A DNA stretch of 64,000 nt from Candidatus Dormiibacterota bacterium (GTDB taxonomy: Bacteria; Chloroflexota; Dormibacteria; Aeolococcales; Aeolococcaceae). Shown one piece after another: positions 62,129 to 64,000 of this stretch. The position numbers were made by a program, and so were the translations under genes. The notes under the pieces are model-generated. The model saw nothing but the letters and a program-made list of their open reading frames with translations. It was not told where the DNA came from and ran no database searches. Position 1 is the stretch's first letter. Every line of letters begins with the position of its first letter. Where the stretch lies: positions 128,001-192,000 of the forward strand of contig CAVPXI010000005.1 of the NCBI GenBank assembly GCA_963709585.1, read 5' to 3'.

Positions 62129-64000
62129 CTGTTCGCGCTGGGGGGAACCTCAGCCGGGTAGAGGCGGGCGAACCGGCGCCGTTCGAGCGCGAAGTACACC
62201 GCAGTTCCGGCCCCCGCGGTCAGCAGAGCGATCACCGCGCCAAGGCCGAACCAGCCGCCCGGGAAGCTCTTCAGGAAACCGCCGCTTGGGTCTCCCGCGA
62301 GGCCCGGCGAGGCCAGCGCGCAGACCGAGTACGTGAGGAACTTCGCATAGACACCATTCACGAAATCGGTCTGGTACTCCTGACTGTTGACGAGTTTCTG
62401 CGCCACCGCCCCCTGCCACCCCCCGCCATGAGGCTGGATGTTGAGGTAGGCGGTTTCCTCGGTCTCGTTGCCGGCCCGCATGAGCAGCGTGGGGATCAGG
62501 TGGACGACGAACCTGGAGTCGGTGCCGCCTTCATCGGCGTAGAACTCAGCGGTGGCGACAATCGTCTCGATGAGCAACTCGTCCGGCGTCTGCAGCGACT
62601 TGATCGCGCCGCCGAGGATCCCCTGGCCGGCGTCGTTCTCGGTCGTGAACGGGGCCCTGAGCAGCAGTTGCTGGTAGTCCAGCGACACCAGGAGGTCCTG
62701 GTAGATGACCGATCCGGTCATGTCCTGGGCGAAGTTGAGATGGCCGGGCGCGTCGTTGGTGTACTTGTTCAGCGCCGCCTGCAGCTCAGCCTGGGTCGGC
62801 GCGCGCCCGATCAGATCCTGGTAGACGCCTTCGATGAGACCCGTCTGGGTGCTCCCGTGGTTCTGGTAGTACTGGGAGCTGCTGAGCACACCGGCGATGA
62901 TGTACTCCTCCGTCTTCCCGTTCGCCAACTCGGTTATCGCAGCAGAGAGTTGAGCAGCAGTCGGCGTGGCGATGGTGCTCACGCATTCCTGCGCGCGAAG
63001 CTCCTGGCAGGTCCGGTGCATGTAGTTGGCGAAGAACGATGTCACCTCGTCGACGCGGAACGCCGGGCCGGAGACCACGTTCACAGCCGCGGTGAGCCTC
63101 GCCGCCGCGCTGCCGGCCTGGATCTGCGCCATGAGTGTGGCGTCGGCGGTGAGCTGGTCCGACGTCGGTGGCCCGTTGAGCAGATCCTGGTTCAGCTGGT
63201 TGATGAAACTCGAAGCCGTGCCCCCGACCAGCTTGTAGTACTCGGCGGAGCCAGCGATCTCTTCCACCATGGCGTTCCCGGAGAGGCCGGTGGTCCCAGG
63301 CCCCGAGAGCCGGTTGACCCAGAGCGCCAGGTCGGTGTTGCTGGGGTAGGTCTTCAGGAGTGCGTGAAACGCCTGGTCGACGCGAATCGCCCGTGCCTCG
63401 GGGCTCAGCACCACGGTCTGGACGAGCTGGAGCCGGCCGGCATCGCCTCCTCCCGTGACGATGGGGAGCGCGGTCGCAACCTCGACCGGCGTCGGATCGT
63501 GGCGGAGCACGTCGTCGTAGAGGCGGGTGACGAAACCGAGGTCGTTGCTGCCGGCGTCGCCGTAGTACTCGGCTGAGGCGAGCAGCTGGATCTCCACCGC
63601 GGTCGGATCCGCCCCAGCGGCGGCCAGCGCGGCGGTGTCGGCTTCGAGCTCACTCGGCGTGGGACTGCGTCCGAACCCGGCGGAACAGCCGGCGCCTCCC
63701 TGCGGGGAACCGCCACCCGATCCACCGCCCCCGCCACCTATGACGAACGGGGTAGGCGTGGGGAGCGGCGTGGGAGTTGGCTTCGGCGGTTTCGCGGCCG
63801 GCACAGTCGGCGCCGGCGCCGTTGTGAAGAACGGCTGCTGCGTCGGCGGCGGGGTCGGTCGAGGGGTCGGCGGCGGGGTCGGCCTGGGCGTCGGTCGCGG
63901 CGTCGGTACCGGAGTGGGTGTCGGAGTAGGAGCAGGAGTTACGGCGAAGGGTGATGTTGCGTTGGCTCCGCTGTTCGCAACCTGGTTCCCGGTGGTGTTG
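62125..64000 (-). CDS. Surface protein with Pro/Thr linker, DUF4214-like repeats and C-terminal TM anchor (5' end beyond window)
   Basis: Frame open to the window edge. Repeats of the type LASAEYY..FVTRLYDDVLRH.P and YQDLIGRAP. C-terminal hydrophobic helix followed by RRR. Confidence 0.8.
   Translation of the reverse strand, partial: NTTGNQVANSGANATSPFAVTPAPTPTPTPVPTPRPTPRPTPPPTPRPTPPPTQQPFFTTAPAPTVPAAKPPKPTPTPLPTPTPFVIGGGGGGSGGGSPQGGAGCSAGFGRSPTPSELEADTAALAAAGADPTAVEIQLLASAEYYGDAGSNDLGFVTRLYDDVLRHDPTPVEVATALPIVTGGGDAGRLQLVQTVVLSPEARAIRVDQAFHALLKTYPSNTDLALWVNRLSGPGTTGLSGNAMVEEIAGSAEYYKLVGGTASSFINQLNQDLLNGPPTSDQLTADATLMAQIQAGSAAARLTAAVNVVSGPAFRVDEVTSFFANYMHRTCQELRAQECVSTIATPTAAQLSAAITELANGKTEEYIIAGVLSSSQYYQNHGSTQTGLIEGVYQDLIGRAPTQAELQAALNKYTNDAPGHLNFAQDMTGSVIYQDLLVSLDYQQLLLRAPFTTENDAGQGILGGAIKSLQTPDELLIETIVATAEFYADEGGTDSRFVVHLIPTLLMRAGNETEETAYLNIQPHGGGWQGAVAQKLVNSQEYQTDFVNGVYAKFLTYSVCALASPGLAGDPSGGFLKSFPGGWFGLGAVIALLTAGAGTAVYFALERRRFARLYPAEVPPSANR

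Noticed and set aside
62125-62300. C-terminus of the surface protein as a possible sortase substrate
   Set aside because: It has a TM helix and a basic tail but no LPxTG-like motif (only FPGG), so it cannot be linked to the sortase.
63750-63940. GGGGTCGG-type short repeats
   Set aside because: Encode a Pro/Thr linker. No CRISPR-like repeat-spacer structure.
1-64000. CRISPR arrays, rRNA, transposases, integrases and reverse transcriptases
   Set aside because: No repeat-spacer arrays or diagnostic motifs were found on either strand by manual reading.

Overview
High-GC (about 68-70%) bacterial chromosomal window. Gram-positive-type LexA boxes, a sortase, lipoproteins, no outer-membrane genes and pervasive leaderless promoters suggest a monoderm soil lineage such as Ca. 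Dormibacterota or Chloroflexota (inference, not verified). In order, it holds: an amine/aldehyde catabolic operon divergent from a livKHMGF ABC transporter; a GGDEF gene; an NfeD-flotillin-TelA operon; GDP-mannose genes and metK; a sortase; HMG-CoA lyase/carboxyltransferase; rnhB; an unusual Kdp potassium-pump locus; phospholipase C; a lower-GC accessory segment beside a tRNA(CAT) with a DUF222-HNH nuclease, an RHH remnant and a STAND adenylate/guanylate cyclase; then dCMP deaminase, ATP-dependent ligase, large secreted proteins, an HD dNTPase-like gene, Mrp and a GlcD-like oxidase. About a dozen genes carry single-base frameshifts, most likely assembly indel errors. Best candidates for new biology: (1) a leaderless standalone (HhH)2 mini-protein with a perfect SOS box and a clamp-binding-like QLPL motif; (2) a KdpD sensor split into three genes, one a tandem KdpD-N/Usp duplication with a dead second Walker A; (3) a structured metK leader that may be a variant SAM riboswitch; (4) an unannotated acidic 28-aa ORF heading the HD dNTPase gene. 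No CRISPR array, rRNA or intact integrase/transposase was seen.
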